Origin: Promethearchaeota archaeon
GTDB lineage: Archaea; Asgardarchaeota; Lokiarchaeia; Sigyniarchaeales; SOKP01
DNA length: 64,000 nt
Reading direction: 5' to 3'
NCBI GenBank assembly: GCA_048940445.1
Contig: JBHLON010000010.1
Span: 22,102 to 86,101, forward strand
Part shown: in pieces, positions 49,720 to 59,703 of the stretch
Layout: every line of letters starts with the position of its first letter
Position numbering within the stretch: position 1 is the first letter of the stretch
The notes under the pieces: model-generated
Databases searched by the model: none
Told to the model about the DNA's origin: nothing
The model's input: the letters and a program-made list of their open reading frames with translations, nothing else
Translations under genes and position numbers: made by a program

Positions 49720-50493
49720 ATGAATATCTGGGATTTCTTCTTTGGACAATTTGGTTATCTATTTTTTTTTCTCTTCTTAATAGTCATATTAATCCTCTTG
49801 GCTAAATTCATTGGAAAATATCCACAACCTTTTCCTCTTTCAAAAAATCCGAAAAAGGAAATTATAGAAGCTATTACTTTATGGGGAATTGTATTTACAT
49901 ATATATCAATATCTATTTTCTTATTAAGTCCTATTTTGATAAAACTATTAGGAGATTCATTTTATATTGGAGTACTATTTGGAACTGTCATTAACCTGAT
50001 TATTCCTTTAGCTATTGTGATTTATATAAATAAATGGAATTATACTGAATTAGGGTTATCTATGAAAATTGAATCACCCTCCATAGTAATATTCAGCATT
50101 GTATGTTATCTTTTACTTGGAATCTACACTTTTTTCCGATTGGGGCGACGCGACATTTACTGGTATGTTTTACTAATTCTACTTTATTCAAATGCATTTT
50201 TAGAAGAATTTTTCTTTAGAGCTATTTTACAATCAAAATTAGAAAGAGCATTAGGACAGAAATACGCAATCATTTGTCAAGGCATTCTATTTCTATTAAT
50301 TCATATTCCCGCAAATTTAAGTAGGTTCATGATTGATCAAAATTTAATATGGTGTTTGTGGAATTTCGGGTTTCAGTTTATCCATGGAATAAATTACGGC
50401 CTCATTTTTATGAAAACAAGAAATTTATGGCCTTCAGTTATCTGTCATTATTTAACTAACTGGACTGGGGCAACAATATCACTTTTCTTATGA
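49720..50493 (+). CDS. CPBP intramembrane metalloprotease
   Basis: EEFFFR, FLLIH and HYLTN. Confidence 0.88.
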   Translation: MNIWDFFFGQFGYLFFFLFLIVILILLAKFIGKYPQPFPLSKNPKKEIIEAITLWGIVFTYISISIFLLSPILIKLLGDSFYIGVLFGTVINLIIPLAIVIYINKWNYTELGLSMKIESPSIVIFSIVCYLLLGIYTFFRLGRRDIYWYVLLILLYSNAFLEEFFFRAILQSKLERALGQKYAIICQGILFLLIHIPANLSRFMIDQNLIWCLWNFGFQFIHGINYGLIFMKTRNLWPSVICHYLTNWTGATISLFL

Positions 50494-50590
50494 AAATTCT
50501 AAAAAAAATTAAAAACCAAATTTCTTTATGTTTCTTAATTTATCCAAATTAAATATTCTGAACAGAAAAACTTTATCTTCGTGATTTAGG

Positions 50591-50992
50591 ATGTTAATAG
50601 ATATTAATTGGTTAGCTGTAATTGTTGTTGCAGTAATATACTGCTTTATATTATTTTTCTGGTATTATCCAAATATTTTTGGAAATACATGGCTTAAATT
50701 AGTGGGAAAAGGAGGTGTTGAGAAGTCAAAGATAATTAGAGAAACCATAATAATGGGTTTAACTAGCTTCGTTTCAGTATTGATACTTGAAATTCTTATG
50801 GATTTAACTGGTATGAATGATATTCTCTCGGCGTTATTACTCCCTTTTCTCCTATGGCTCGGATTTATAGCAATGGTAGCAATAAATCAAAACATTTTCA
50901 ATGATCGGGGAGTAAAATTATTTTTAATAGAGTACGGAGCTTACTTAGTAGCATTACTAGTTGCTGGAATAATCTTAGCAGTATGGCAATAA
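50591..50992 (+). CDS. DUF1761-like membrane protein
   Basis: INWLAV...WY...FGNTW; 4 TM segments. Confidence 0.75.
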   Translation: MLIDINWLAVIVVAVIYCFILFFWYYPNIFGNTWLKLVGKGGVEKSKIIRETIIMGLTSFVSVLILEILMDLTGMNDILSALLLPFLLWLGFIAMVAINQNIFNDRGVKLFLIEYGAYLVALLVAGIILAVWQ

Positions 50993-51009
50993 ATTTGTAA
51001 ATAAAACTT

Positions 51010-52212
51010 TTAATTATTGCTCTCTTTTTTATTATTCTTCAGATCTACTGACATTTTCCATTTTGATAATAATGTTGCGAATAATATAGGGATTAAAAAA
51101 GCAAATATCATGCTTGAAGCAATGAGAACTGAATATAAGTCGGGAGATATCAAATTATTTTCAAAAAATATTGCAAAAATAACAATACTAGTGCTAAATT
51201 TTACTGAAAGCCCAATTCCTAATAATATTGAATCTTTTTTACCAATTTGTTTTCTTCCACTCAGATAACTGGCTAAAACTTTTGCTGCAATACTTATCAA
51301 TACAATTAAAATTATCAGTACTGGAAAAGTAACAAGAGATTTTAAGTCCATTGACACACCTACCATTAGAAAAAAGATCGGAGCAAAAAAGCCATAGCAT
51401 ATTGTCTTGACTTCTGATTCTATAGCTTTTAGTCTCTCTTTTGGTAAAAATGTTCTTAGACCAATTCCTGCAAAGAGTGCAGCAAGTGGAGCAGCTTCAG
51501 CAAAAGTGCCTACACCAATAAATAAAAATAGAACAAACATAACAAAAACGAAGAGTGCTTCCACTCCCGTATGCTTAAACCTTTTACGTTCCTTTTTAAA
51601 CTTAATTAATCCAATCATTAGTAAAAATAAAATAAAAAGAGCAATGAATATTACCCATATGTTAAAATCTCCTTGAGGGGCATTCGACCCTACCATTAAA
51701 ATGACAAAAATTAACGAAACAATTTCAATTATATCATCCAAACTGCCTACTCCAATAATAGATTGCCCTAATGGTTTGTTTGTCAAATTGAATTCATCCA
51801 AAATAGGTATTAAAATTTCTTCTCCTACAGTTGCAAAGGATAGACTCACAATTATAGCGATTAATAAATCTACTCCGAAAAAAAAATATATAATCAAAGT
51901 CCCAAAAATGGTTGCCAAAAGAATCGTTAGGATAGTTGATTTAATAACAAATTTCCCCATCTTTTTCATTTCTTTTAGATCTACTTCAAAACCAATAATA
52001 AAAAGTAAAAAATACATTCCTAATTGAGAAAAAAAATCAAATAATGTATCAGAAGTAATCGAAGAAAAAGGATTATAAATCGCAAGAATAAACCCTATAA
52101 TTAATGCAGCAAAGATCCAAGGAATATGAATCTTTTCAATCAACATTCCAATTATGTATGTTAACAAGAATATAACACTCAAAAATAAAAATAAAAAAAT
52201 GTTTAGATCCAT
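51010..52212 (-). CDS. Cation:proton antiporter (CPA2-like)
   Basis: LLFIIGFEVD, LDD and FFAPIFF. Confidence 0.88.
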   Translation of the reverse strand: MDLNIFLFLFLSVIFLLTYIIGMLIEKIHIPWIFAALIIGFILAIYNPFSSITSDTLFDFFSQLGMYFLLFIIGFEVDLKEMKKMGKFVIKSTILTILLATIFGTLIIYFFFGVDLLIAIIVSLSFATVGEEILIPILDEFNLTNKPLGQSIIGVGSLDDIIEIVSLIFVILMVGSNAPQGDFNIWVIFIALFILFLLMIGLIKFKKERKRFKHTGVEALFVFVMFVLFLFIGVGTFAEAAPLAALFAGIGLRTFLPKERLKAIESEVKTICYGFFAPIFFLMVGVSMDLKSLVTFPVLIILIVLISIAAKVLASYLSGRKQIGKKDSILLGIGLSVKFSTSIVIFAIFFENNLISPDLYSVLIASSMIFAFLIPILFATLLSKWKMSVDLKNNKKESNN

Positions 52213-52321
52213 AATAAGAATTAAAAAAAAGAGGATATATAAGTATAATGAACTAACTTAAATTCTCAAAATCTGCTAAAATGTACTTAATATGAAAAAG
52301 AAGAAAAAAAATTAAAAAAAT

Positions 52322-52561
52322 TTATTTAACGGCTTCGAAATAAATCCACCATTGTTCTTCATCTTCGATGAATTCGGTCCCAAGATGTTTATGTTTGGTT
52401 TGCTTAGCCAAATCTCTAGGAACACTCTCAGATGCAGGTTTGTAGTCTGTAATAACTTTTAGTACAGTTCCAGGTCGCATTTTCATTAACTCTTTTTTTG
52501 TCTTTAGCGCTGGAACAGGACAAACTAAACCGCATACATTTAATTCTTGATCAAATTTCAT
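52322..52561 (-). CDS. tusA: TusA-family sulfur carrier (last gene of the hdr operon)
   Basis: GLVCPVP and LKVITD. Confidence 0.9.
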   Translation of the reverse strand: MKFDQELNVCGLVCPVPALKTKKELMKMRPGTVLKVITDYKPASESVPRDLAKQTKHKHLGTEFIEDEEQWWIYFEAVK

Positions 52562-52604
52562 GGTATATTCTCCTTCATTTAATTTTTATTTCTGAATAGA
52601 TAAT

Positions 52605-55076
52605 TTAATCACAAATAATTGAAAATAATGGATCTATCATATCGGTCTCTGCTTTCATTTCTAATTCCATTAACTGAACTAACCGAAGTGCTTCATATCT
52701 AACTTTTCTTGCTTCCATTCCAGTATTTTTTGCTATATCATTTATTGTACTAGGTCCTTGAAGGGTAATATAATCTAACACTAGTTGTCTCGGAGTTTTT
52801 TCAAAAGTCATAAGTTCTCTCTTTGATTTCAAATTGATGGCAGTTTTCAGTTCCTTCTCATTCACTTTAGCTTGTTCATATAAACCTTTTTCAATAGCCT
52901 TTTCAACAAGTGTTTTTCCTCGTTCAGTCCATGCTACAACAGTAGTATATCCTTTTTGTGATCCAACTTCCCCCGCAGTTATATCGGAATAAATTGCTGG
53001 AAAATCTTGACAATGAGAACAGAAATGATTACAACTTAAACATCTACGTGCTTCTTGTAAAGCCAAATCTTCATTAAACACCCTTTCAATCTCTTCAAAA
53101 GACCAATTTATATCTTCTGTTGCTACTTCTAATGATTCTGGCTTTATTGAGTAATCTTTTGGAGGTTTTTTCGGACCAGTAAAAAATGAATTCACTCTTT
53201 TATACCTTCCATCTACTAAATCCTCTCCTTTCAAATATCTGTCAATTGAAATTGCTGCTTCTTTTCCGTGCGATATTGCAGCAATAGCTACAGCTTTGGA
53301 ATTATTAATGATATCTCCTCCTGCAAAAATACCAGGGATGTTTGTTTCAAATGTAATTTCATTAACTTTGATTTTATTTCGTTCTTTTTCTAATTTATTT
53401 TTAGTTGCAGCGTCTATTTGGTCAAAATCAACTGCTTGACCAATGGCTATGACTATATTATCAACTGGGATCTCATAATCAGTATTCTCAACTTTATTCA
53501 AAGACTTCCTTCCATTCACATCTGGTTTTCCCCATTTGATTTTATAACAATTCAAAACCAACTTACCCTCGTCATTCTGAGTGATCTTTGAAGTGGAACT
53601 CTCGAAATGATATTGTATATATGACATTTCACTTTCGGGGATTTCCCTTAAAACTAGTTCTAATTCTTTTTCAGACATGATATCTACTAAATGAACTTTT
53701 TCAGCACCTAACCTTAAAGCTGTTTGAGCAACATCTACAGCAACGGGTCCGCCTCCGATGACACCAATAGTTTTTCCTTTAAATTCTTCTTTATTTTCCC
53801 AATATCGGTATTTTCTATCTATAAGGAAATTTATCGCAACAAATACATTTGGAAGATTCTCTCCTTCTAAGTGTAATGTTCGAGGCTTATATTGTCCAGT
53901 GGCAATAAAAATAGCTTCATATCCATTATTTTTTAAATCTTCTATAGTCATGTCAGGCCCTAATGGTTTATTAAGCTCTACCTTTACGCCAGAATCAATG
54001 ATTCTTTGTATATCGTAATCTAACACATAGTTGGGTAATCTAAATTGTGGAACTCCAAATCGTAACATACCACCAGTCTTATCGGTTTTTTCGAATATTG
54101 TTGGAGCATATCCTCTTTTTCTTAAGTAAAATGCAGCAGTTAGTCCTGCGGGACCAGAACCTATAATAGCTACCTTTTTTGCATTCTTTTTTAATTTTGG
54201 ACTACCTTTTGAAATTTTCTTTTCCTGTTCAATTTCCCATTCAGTCACAAACTTCTTTAATTCCCGAATTGCAACTGGATGATCGTCCCCAATTAAAGTA
54301 CATCCAAATTCACATTCATTTGTACAGATTCTACCACAAACTGAAGGGAGTGGATTGTTTTCTATGATTAAGTTTACAGCATCTTGATACTTGCCTTGAC
54401 GTATTAACGAGATATACCCTTGAGCGTTAACACCCGAAGGACAGTTATTACAGCACGGAGAACACACTAAACCTTTATCTGTTTCTTCAGTTCGAATTTG
54501 TGAATTACAAAATAGACCTATCTTTAAAATTTCTCGTTTCATTTCTTCTGCAATTTCAGCAGCTCCGCGCATTTCACATGGAACACCAACAATCCCTATT
54601 TCATCAAAAGTTTCACCTGTAACTTCTACTAGTCGTTCTAAAACACCTGATCTACCATAAACCACGCCTGCTTTCTGAATTACTTCTTCTGGATTTGTTA
54701 CGATCTCTGCGGATGGTTTTTCATCATTATCCTCTTGAACCATAACTGCTTTCTTAATAGTGTTATTTTCTAATAATTCCTTAACGAAAGTTGTCACAAA
54801 TCCTCCACTGGATGCTTTAGCTAACACTTTTGGATTTTTGCTTCTCAATGAATAAATAGCTAAAGGTTGTTTTTCTTCAAACTTTTTTTGAATAACCTGA
54901 GGACAAATTTGATAACATTTTCCACATTCCTGACCATCTCTCTCTAAAACACAATAATCTTTAAGGGATGGTCGCCTTACTTCCATTTCAATATGCTTAC
55001 AAGACCCCGCACATAGGCCACAACCTTGGCAAAGGCCGGCATCTACTACTTCAGCTTTTAATAATTCAAAACTCAT
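52605..55076 (-). CDS. Ferredoxin + FrhB-like scaffold with inserted GltD/NfnB-like NAD(P)H oxidoreductase + C-terminal wHTH
   Basis: CQGCGLC, SSGGFVT, VGVPC and IGLFC (FrhB-N); SPCCNNCP, CGRIC, GSGPAG, GGGPVA, FAGGD and RRCLSC (GltD); CSHCQDF...DITAGEVGS (FrhB-C). Confidence 0.85.
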   Translation of the reverse strand: MSFELLKAEVVDAGLCQGCGLCAGSCKHIEMEVRRPSLKDYCVLERDGQECGKCYQICPQVIQKKFEEKQPLAIYSLRSKNPKVLAKASSGGFVTTFVKELLENNTIKKAVMVQEDNDEKPSAEIVTNPEEVIQKAGVVYGRSGVLERLVEVTGETFDEIGIVGVPCEMRGAAEIAEEMKREILKIGLFCNSQIRTEETDKGLVCSPCCNNCPSGVNAQGYISLIRQGKYQDAVNLIIENNPLPSVCGRICTNECEFGCTLIGDDHPVAIRELKKFVTEWEIEQEKKISKGSPKLKKNAKKVAIIGSGPAGLTAAFYLRKRGYAPTIFEKTDKTGGMLRFGVPQFRLPNYVLDYDIQRIIDSGVKVELNKPLGPDMTIEDLKNNGYEAIFIATGQYKPRTLHLEGENLPNVFVAINFLIDRKYRYWENKEEFKGKTIGVIGGGPVAVDVAQTALRLGAEKVHLVDIMSEKELELVLREIPESEMSYIQYHFESSTSKITQNDEGKLVLNCYKIKWGKPDVNGRKSLNKVENTDYEIPVDNIVIAIGQAVDFDQIDAATKNKLEKERNKIKVNEITFETNIPGIFAGGDIINNSKAVAIAAISHGKEAAISIDRYLKGEDLVDGRYKRVNSFFTGPKKPPKDYSIKPESLEVATEDINWSFEEIERVFNEDLALQEARRCLSCNHFCSHCQDFPAIYSDITAGEVGSQKGYTTVVAWTERGKTLVEKAIEKGLYEQAKVNEKELKTAINLKSKRELMTFEKTPRQLVLDYITLQGPSTINDIAKNTGMEARKVRYEALRLVQLMELEMKAETDMIDPLFSIICD

Positions 55077-55078
55077 GT

Positions 55079-56314
55079 CTATCCCTCTTTAATTTTTATT
55101 TCTTTTACTATACCTATTGAATCAATCGTAAATTCAACCGAACCATTTTTATAGGATCCCTCAACCACGTCAAAAACGTGAGTTTTATAATCGTCAAAAT
55201 TATCATTCTCATTAATCTGCGTTTTAAATCCACCATAATAGAGATTAGATAAATTCATATTCCCTGCTATTTTTCGTATGTTATCAGTTACATCTTTATA
55301 CTTTTTTGGATCTCTAGATTCTATTGCTTCTAATAATTCCTTTTCTAATTCTCTCAATTGATTTCGATATTGTTTTGTGGCCTCACTTACTTCTATATTA
55401 TTGGCTTGCTCATAGGTTTCCAAGATTTTAAGTGTTAAAGAAATTGAGTGATCTCCTCCTAATAAACCAGTGATTAAAGGTAATTCTTCCACTAATCTTC
55501 CTGTAAATACATCTTCTAATAAACTACCAGATGAGGAGATTCTCCCTTTAGGCAATCCAGATGTAGATAATGTAAATCTAAAGAAGTTACCAACTACATC
55601 TGGTAAACTTGCAGTCACATCATCATCATTATCAGCTAATTTATCAGTTGCTCCTTTTTCAGAATGTTCCGTAGCAACCTCAATGTTTCCCATTAATGTT
55701 CCAAACATTCCAAGCATTCTAATTCCCGAACGTTCTACCATTGGTTTACAACCACGACAAGGTGCATTATAATCTATACATCGTTCCTTGCATTCTTTTG
55801 CTATAAAACCGTTACATAAATATCCAAGATCGTTAAAACATTTTTCGCCATCATCTAATTCAATTTGACGTTTTACTTCTTTCAGATAATCGCATGTTTT
55901 CTTTCTTCCACATACTATACATAAATTATTTAACTTTACTAAATCTTCACCATTAATCTGAGATTTAAGTTCTTCTATCTCAGCTAAACACCCATTAACA
56001 TTTATAACTTCTTTGACAAAATTTTTTAAGGGAGTAATTTCATGGCCTCGTTGATTAGCTAAGGCAAAGACCCCTCCAGTAGTAGTACAATCTCCATAAG
56101 CAATAATTTTTTGTGAATTTTTTTTGATTTTATCTAAAGTATCTTTATCCTCTGGTAATAAATAACCAGTAATTACAGAAGCATTTGTTTTTTCCTCTTT
56201 CCAATCTTTAGGATTTGCAATAAATTCTATTTTATAATCTGAATCTGCTTTTAATAAAATTGTTTCATTAAAGCATTTATTGCATCCATTAAACTGAAAT
56301 ACTTTAACATCCAT
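55079..56314 (-). CDS. mvhG: MvhG/FrhG-like hydrogenase small subunit with a C-terminal extension resembling a degenerate large subunit
   Basis: GCNKC, AYGDCTTTGG, NGC, CIVC, CF..LGYLCNG...C...C...PCRGC and NFFRFTL; about 155 aa of extra C-terminus. Confidence 0.8.
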   Translation of the reverse strand: MDVKVFQFNGCNKCFNETILLKADSDYKIEFIANPKDWKEEKTNASVITGYLLPEDKDTLDKIKKNSQKIIAYGDCTTTGGVFALANQRGHEITPLKNFVKEVINVNGCLAEIEELKSQINGEDLVKLNNLCIVCGRKKTCDYLKEVKRQIELDDGEKCFNDLGYLCNGFIAKECKERCIDYNAPCRGCKPMVERSGIRMLGMFGTLMGNIEVATEHSEKGATDKLADNDDDVTASLPDVVGNFFRFTLSTSGLPKGRISSSGSLLEDVFTGRLVEELPLITGLLGGDHSISLTLKILETYEQANNIEVSEATKQYRNQLRELEKELLEAIESRDPKKYKDVTDNIRKIAGNMNLSNLYYGGFKTQINENDNFDDYKTHVFDVVEGSYKNGSVEFTIDSIGIVKEIKIKEG

Positions 56315-56756
56315 CCTTTAAGGTCCCCTCCTCTTTAATTGCAGTTGCTAATCGTTCCACAATATCTTCAAAATCTCCAACTGCCGTTTCTGCTTCCGCA
56401 GCTCGTGAAGTATATTGATTTACAAATTGGTCACTATATCCTAATTCTTTGAATAATTTTTTCACGAGTTTAATCCTATGCATTGAGAGAATATTGCCAT
56501 TGAAGAAATGACAAGCTCCTATACAACACCCTACACATGCAACACTGTCAGCTCCATTATTTAGCGCATCCATTATTTGAATAGGTCCCACTTGACCAGT
56601 ACATTGGACCCGCACTATACGTATTGCAGGATTATATGACATTCGAGCTACACCAGCTGTATTAGCTGAACCCTGACCACATTCATTACACATGAAAATT
56701 ACTATGTTTTCCATTTTCTCGAGCACTTCTGGCTCAACATATTCACATTCACTCAT
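56304..56756 (-). CDS. mvhD: MvhD/FlpD [2Fe-2S] subunit
   Basis: CNEC, RVQCTGQV and GCCIGACHF; ATG 56756 behind GGAGGTG. Confidence 0.9.
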   Translation of the reverse strand: MSECEYVEPEVLEKMENIVIFMCNECGQGSANTAGVARMSYNPAIRIVRVQCTGQVGPIQIMDALNNGADSVACVGCCIGACHFFNGNILSMHRIKLVKKLFKELGYSDQFVNQYTSRAAEAETAVGDFEDIVERLATAIKEEGTLKDGC

Positions 56757-58785
56757 CTTCGCATACAACACCTCCGCCTGATACGGCGATTATTTCATCT
56801 AATAATTGATCATCCCTAAAATTTAACAATTGAATTGCTCCCGTTGGACAAGCAGGCATACACATACCACATGATTTACATGCTACCTCATTAATCATAG
56901 GAATACCATCATCATTAAGTTGAATTGCGGCGGGAGAGCATACTGTTTTACATAATCCACATCTAACACACAGATCTAAGTCTACAGATGGGATTAACAT
57001 TTCTTTTTCAATATATCCCTTTACTAAAGGAGCAGCTGCTATTGCTGCAGCACTACCAGCATGAGCTACTGATTCTGATATATCTTTGGGACCTTGAATT
57101 GCTCCTGCTAAAAATATCCCTCCTTTGCTACTTAACGTAGGGTTCATTTTAATATGAAATTCTTTTAAAAATCCTTCTTTTGATCGTAATACTTGTAATT
57201 TCGAACCCAAAGGACCAATACCTTCTGGTGGAACCATTGCTGCTGAAAGTACTACTAAATCTGCCTTAAGTTTTAATGGTGTTTGACTTAAAGTATCCTC
57301 AACGATTACACGCAACTCTCCAGAAATTGGGTCTCTAAGGATTTCTGAGGGTCTTCCTCTAATAAATCGAACTCCTACTTCTTGAGCTGATTTATATAAT
57401 TCCTCAAAATTTAATCCTGGTGTTCTTACGTCTATATAACAGATAGTTACATTTGCGTTAGGATACATTTCTTTTATAATGCGTGCATTCTTGACCGCAA
57501 ATTTGCAACAAACACCAGTACAGTATTGATTACCAACTTGATCATTTCTACTTCCAACACATTGGATCATCACTACATTCTTTGGAATCATACCATCAGA
57601 TGGTCTTAATACTTGACTATTTGTTAATGAACCTGGGGCCAGCATTCTTTCCATTTGCAGTTGAGTGATGACATTTTCATAACCTTCTTGTTTATAATGA
57701 TACGGTTCTATTTCAGAAGGATCATATTCATCATAGCCTGCAGCTACTACTATAGAACCTACTTTAAATCTTTTAGTTTCTGGTTGCATCGAAAAGTCAA
57801 CAGCCTGAACGGGACAAATATTTATACAAGTGTTGCATTCTATGCAATTTTTCTTATCTCTTACAAATGTAGCTGGAATTGCTTGAGGATACGCCTTGTA
57901 TATAGCTTTCCTCATTGACATTCCTTTATCCCATTCACTAGGAACTTCTACAGGACAATGAGCTGAACAATCTCCACAGGATGTACAATTATCCTTCACA
58001 TATCGAGGTTTAATTTCTATCTCAACTTCAAAATTACCCATTGATCCTTCCACTTCCTTAACCTGTGCATTAGTATAAAGTTCTATCAAAGGGTGATTTG
58101 CAACTCCATTAGTTAATGGAGATATCGAACATTGTGGACATTCTAATGTTGGAAATGTTTTATTTAACTGCGTCATATGTCCTCCTATTGTTGATTCACG
58201 CTCAACTAGATAGACTGGAATCCCTAATTCTGCTAGATCATGAGCAGATCTAAGACCAGCAATGCCACCTCCAATTACTAGCGCAGCCTTAGTAGTAGGT
58301 ATTCTACGAGTTTCAACATCCTCTAACTTTCGTGCTCTATTAACTCCTGCTTCTATTAATTGTTTTGCCTTTTGAGTTGCTTTATCTTTTTCTTTTTGAT
58401 GTACCCAACTATCAAATTCTCTAATATTTACTTGTTGATGACGGTGTTTGTTTAACCCCATTTCCTGAATTGCATTTGCAAATGTTCTTCCGTGCTGATT
58501 TTTGGAACACGATGCCACCACAGTTCTATTCACACCTAATTCTTTAATCGAATCTTTTACCATTTGGACGCCTGGTTTACTACACATAAACATATAGTGC
58601 TCTGCTTTAACAACATTAGGTAAATGCTTAGCATATTCTGCCACTTTAGCAACATCAACAGTACCAGCGATGTTATGACCGCAATGACATACAAACACCC
58701 CTATTCTAGGTTCTCCTTCTTTAGTTTCTTCTACGTCTCCCTGAATCTCGTGTTTTTCCTTAATTTTTTCTTCTTTTACTGTCAT
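56749..58785 (-). CDS. hdrA: Heterodisulfide reductase subunit A (flavin-bifurcating)
   Basis: IGVFVCHCGHNI, VNIRE, GGGIAG, KTFPTLECPQC, QCVGSR, CTGVCC, GPKDI and ferredoxin motifs. Confidence 0.96.
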   Translation of the reverse strand: MTVKEEKIKEKHEIQGDVEETKEGEPRIGVFVCHCGHNIAGTVDVAKVAEYAKHLPNVVKAEHYMFMCSKPGVQMVKDSIKELGVNRTVVASCSKNQHGRTFANAIQEMGLNKHRHQQVNIREFDSWVHQKEKDKATQKAKQLIEAGVNRARKLEDVETRRIPTTKAALVIGGGIAGLRSAHDLAELGIPVYLVERESTIGGHMTQLNKTFPTLECPQCSISPLTNGVANHPLIELYTNAQVKEVEGSMGNFEVEIEIKPRYVKDNCTSCGDCSAHCPVEVPSEWDKGMSMRKAIYKAYPQAIPATFVRDKKNCIECNTCINICPVQAVDFSMQPETKRFKVGSIVVAAGYDEYDPSEIEPYHYKQEGYENVITQLQMERMLAPGSLTNSQVLRPSDGMIPKNVVMIQCVGSRNDQVGNQYCTGVCCKFAVKNARIIKEMYPNANVTICYIDVRTPGLNFEELYKSAQEVGVRFIRGRPSEILRDPISGELRVIVEDTLSQTPLKLKADLVVLSAAMVPPEGIGPLGSKLQVLRSKEGFLKEFHIKMNPTLSSKGGIFLAGAIQGPKDISESVAHAGSAAAIAAAPLVKGYIEKEMLIPSVDLDLCVRCGLCKTVCSPAAIQLNDDGIPMINEVACKSCGMCMPACPTGAIQLLNFRDDQLLDEIIAVSGGGVVCEDE

Positions 58786-59700
58786 TTATGCTACCTCCTC
58801 TTTCTTAGTTTCTGCTTGCCCAAAAATATAATCACGTCCCATTAACTGATATTGTAATCCTACAAAATCTTGATCCATGCCCATACAATAGGCTACAAGC
58901 TGGGATAGATGAATTACTGGATAATCATAATTACATTCTTTATTTTTATTTAAATAGTCTTGTCCCGTTTCGAATTGCAAATGACAAAACGGACAGATAT
59001 CTAAAATAAAGTCAGGCTTTACTTCATCGATATTTTTCATTTTCTCTGCAAAAATCGTCATACTTGCATCTCCGGAGTATGCTTTAACACCTCCTCCTGC
59101 GCCACAGCAAGTTAATTGTTCTTTAAACCTTACTGATTGTATTCCTAAGACTTCAATAAATTCTTCGATAATTGTTGGCCCTTCAGAACTTTCAATTTCT
59201 CGTATTCTTGTTGGCTTTAAGAAATGACACCCATAATGAACAGCAGCTTTAGCGTTTAACTTCCTTACAATATAATCTTCAACACCCCAAGGTCCAACTT
59301 CATATCCTAATACTTCTGCAACATGTCGAACGTTAATCGTCCCTTTAAATTCATAATCTCCGAGAAGTTTCAGCTTTTCATTTACTTTTTCTCGATGTTC
59401 TTCATTTTCTTTGAGATGCTTATTTACTTCTTGAAGTGTGCCAAAACATCCATTACACACAGTTAAAATATCCGCATCCATTTTTTCAGCAATACTAATA
59501 TTTCTGGCTGCTGCAACCATCCAATCAAATTTATTAAATGAACGAAACACACCGGGTGCAGGACAACAAGTCGCTCTTTCCATGTCTAAAAGTTCATATC
59601 CTAATTTCTCCATAACGAATTTTGTCGATTTTTCGATTGCAGGATATCGATTGGGCATAATACATCCAAGGAAAAATGCAAATGTTTTTTCTTTTGCCAT
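58786..59700 (-). CDS. hdrB: Heterodisulfide reductase subunit B
   Basis: FLGC, TCCPAPG, CNGC, HYGCH, CCGAGGG and CPFCHLQF. Confidence 0.96.
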   Translation of the reverse strand: MAKEKTFAFFLGCIMPNRYPAIEKSTKFVMEKLGYELLDMERATCCPAPGVFRSFNKFDWMVAAARNISIAEKMDADILTVCNGCFGTLQEVNKHLKENEEHREKVNEKLKLLGDYEFKGTINVRHVAEVLGYEVGPWGVEDYIVRKLNAKAAVHYGCHFLKPTRIREIESSEGPTIIEEFIEVLGIQSVRFKEQLTCCGAGGGVKAYSGDASMTIFAEKMKNIDEVKPDFILDICPFCHLQFETGQDYLNKNKECNYDYPVIHLSQLVAYCMGMDQDFVGLQYQLMGRDYIFGQAETKKEEVA

Positions 59701-59703
59701 TTT

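Noticed and set aside
56304-58785. Selenocysteine recoding in HdrA/MvhD, known for some Lokiarchaeia paralogs
   Set aside because: Both ORFs are uninterrupted with Cys at the relevant motifs; no in-frame TGA and no convincing SECIS seen
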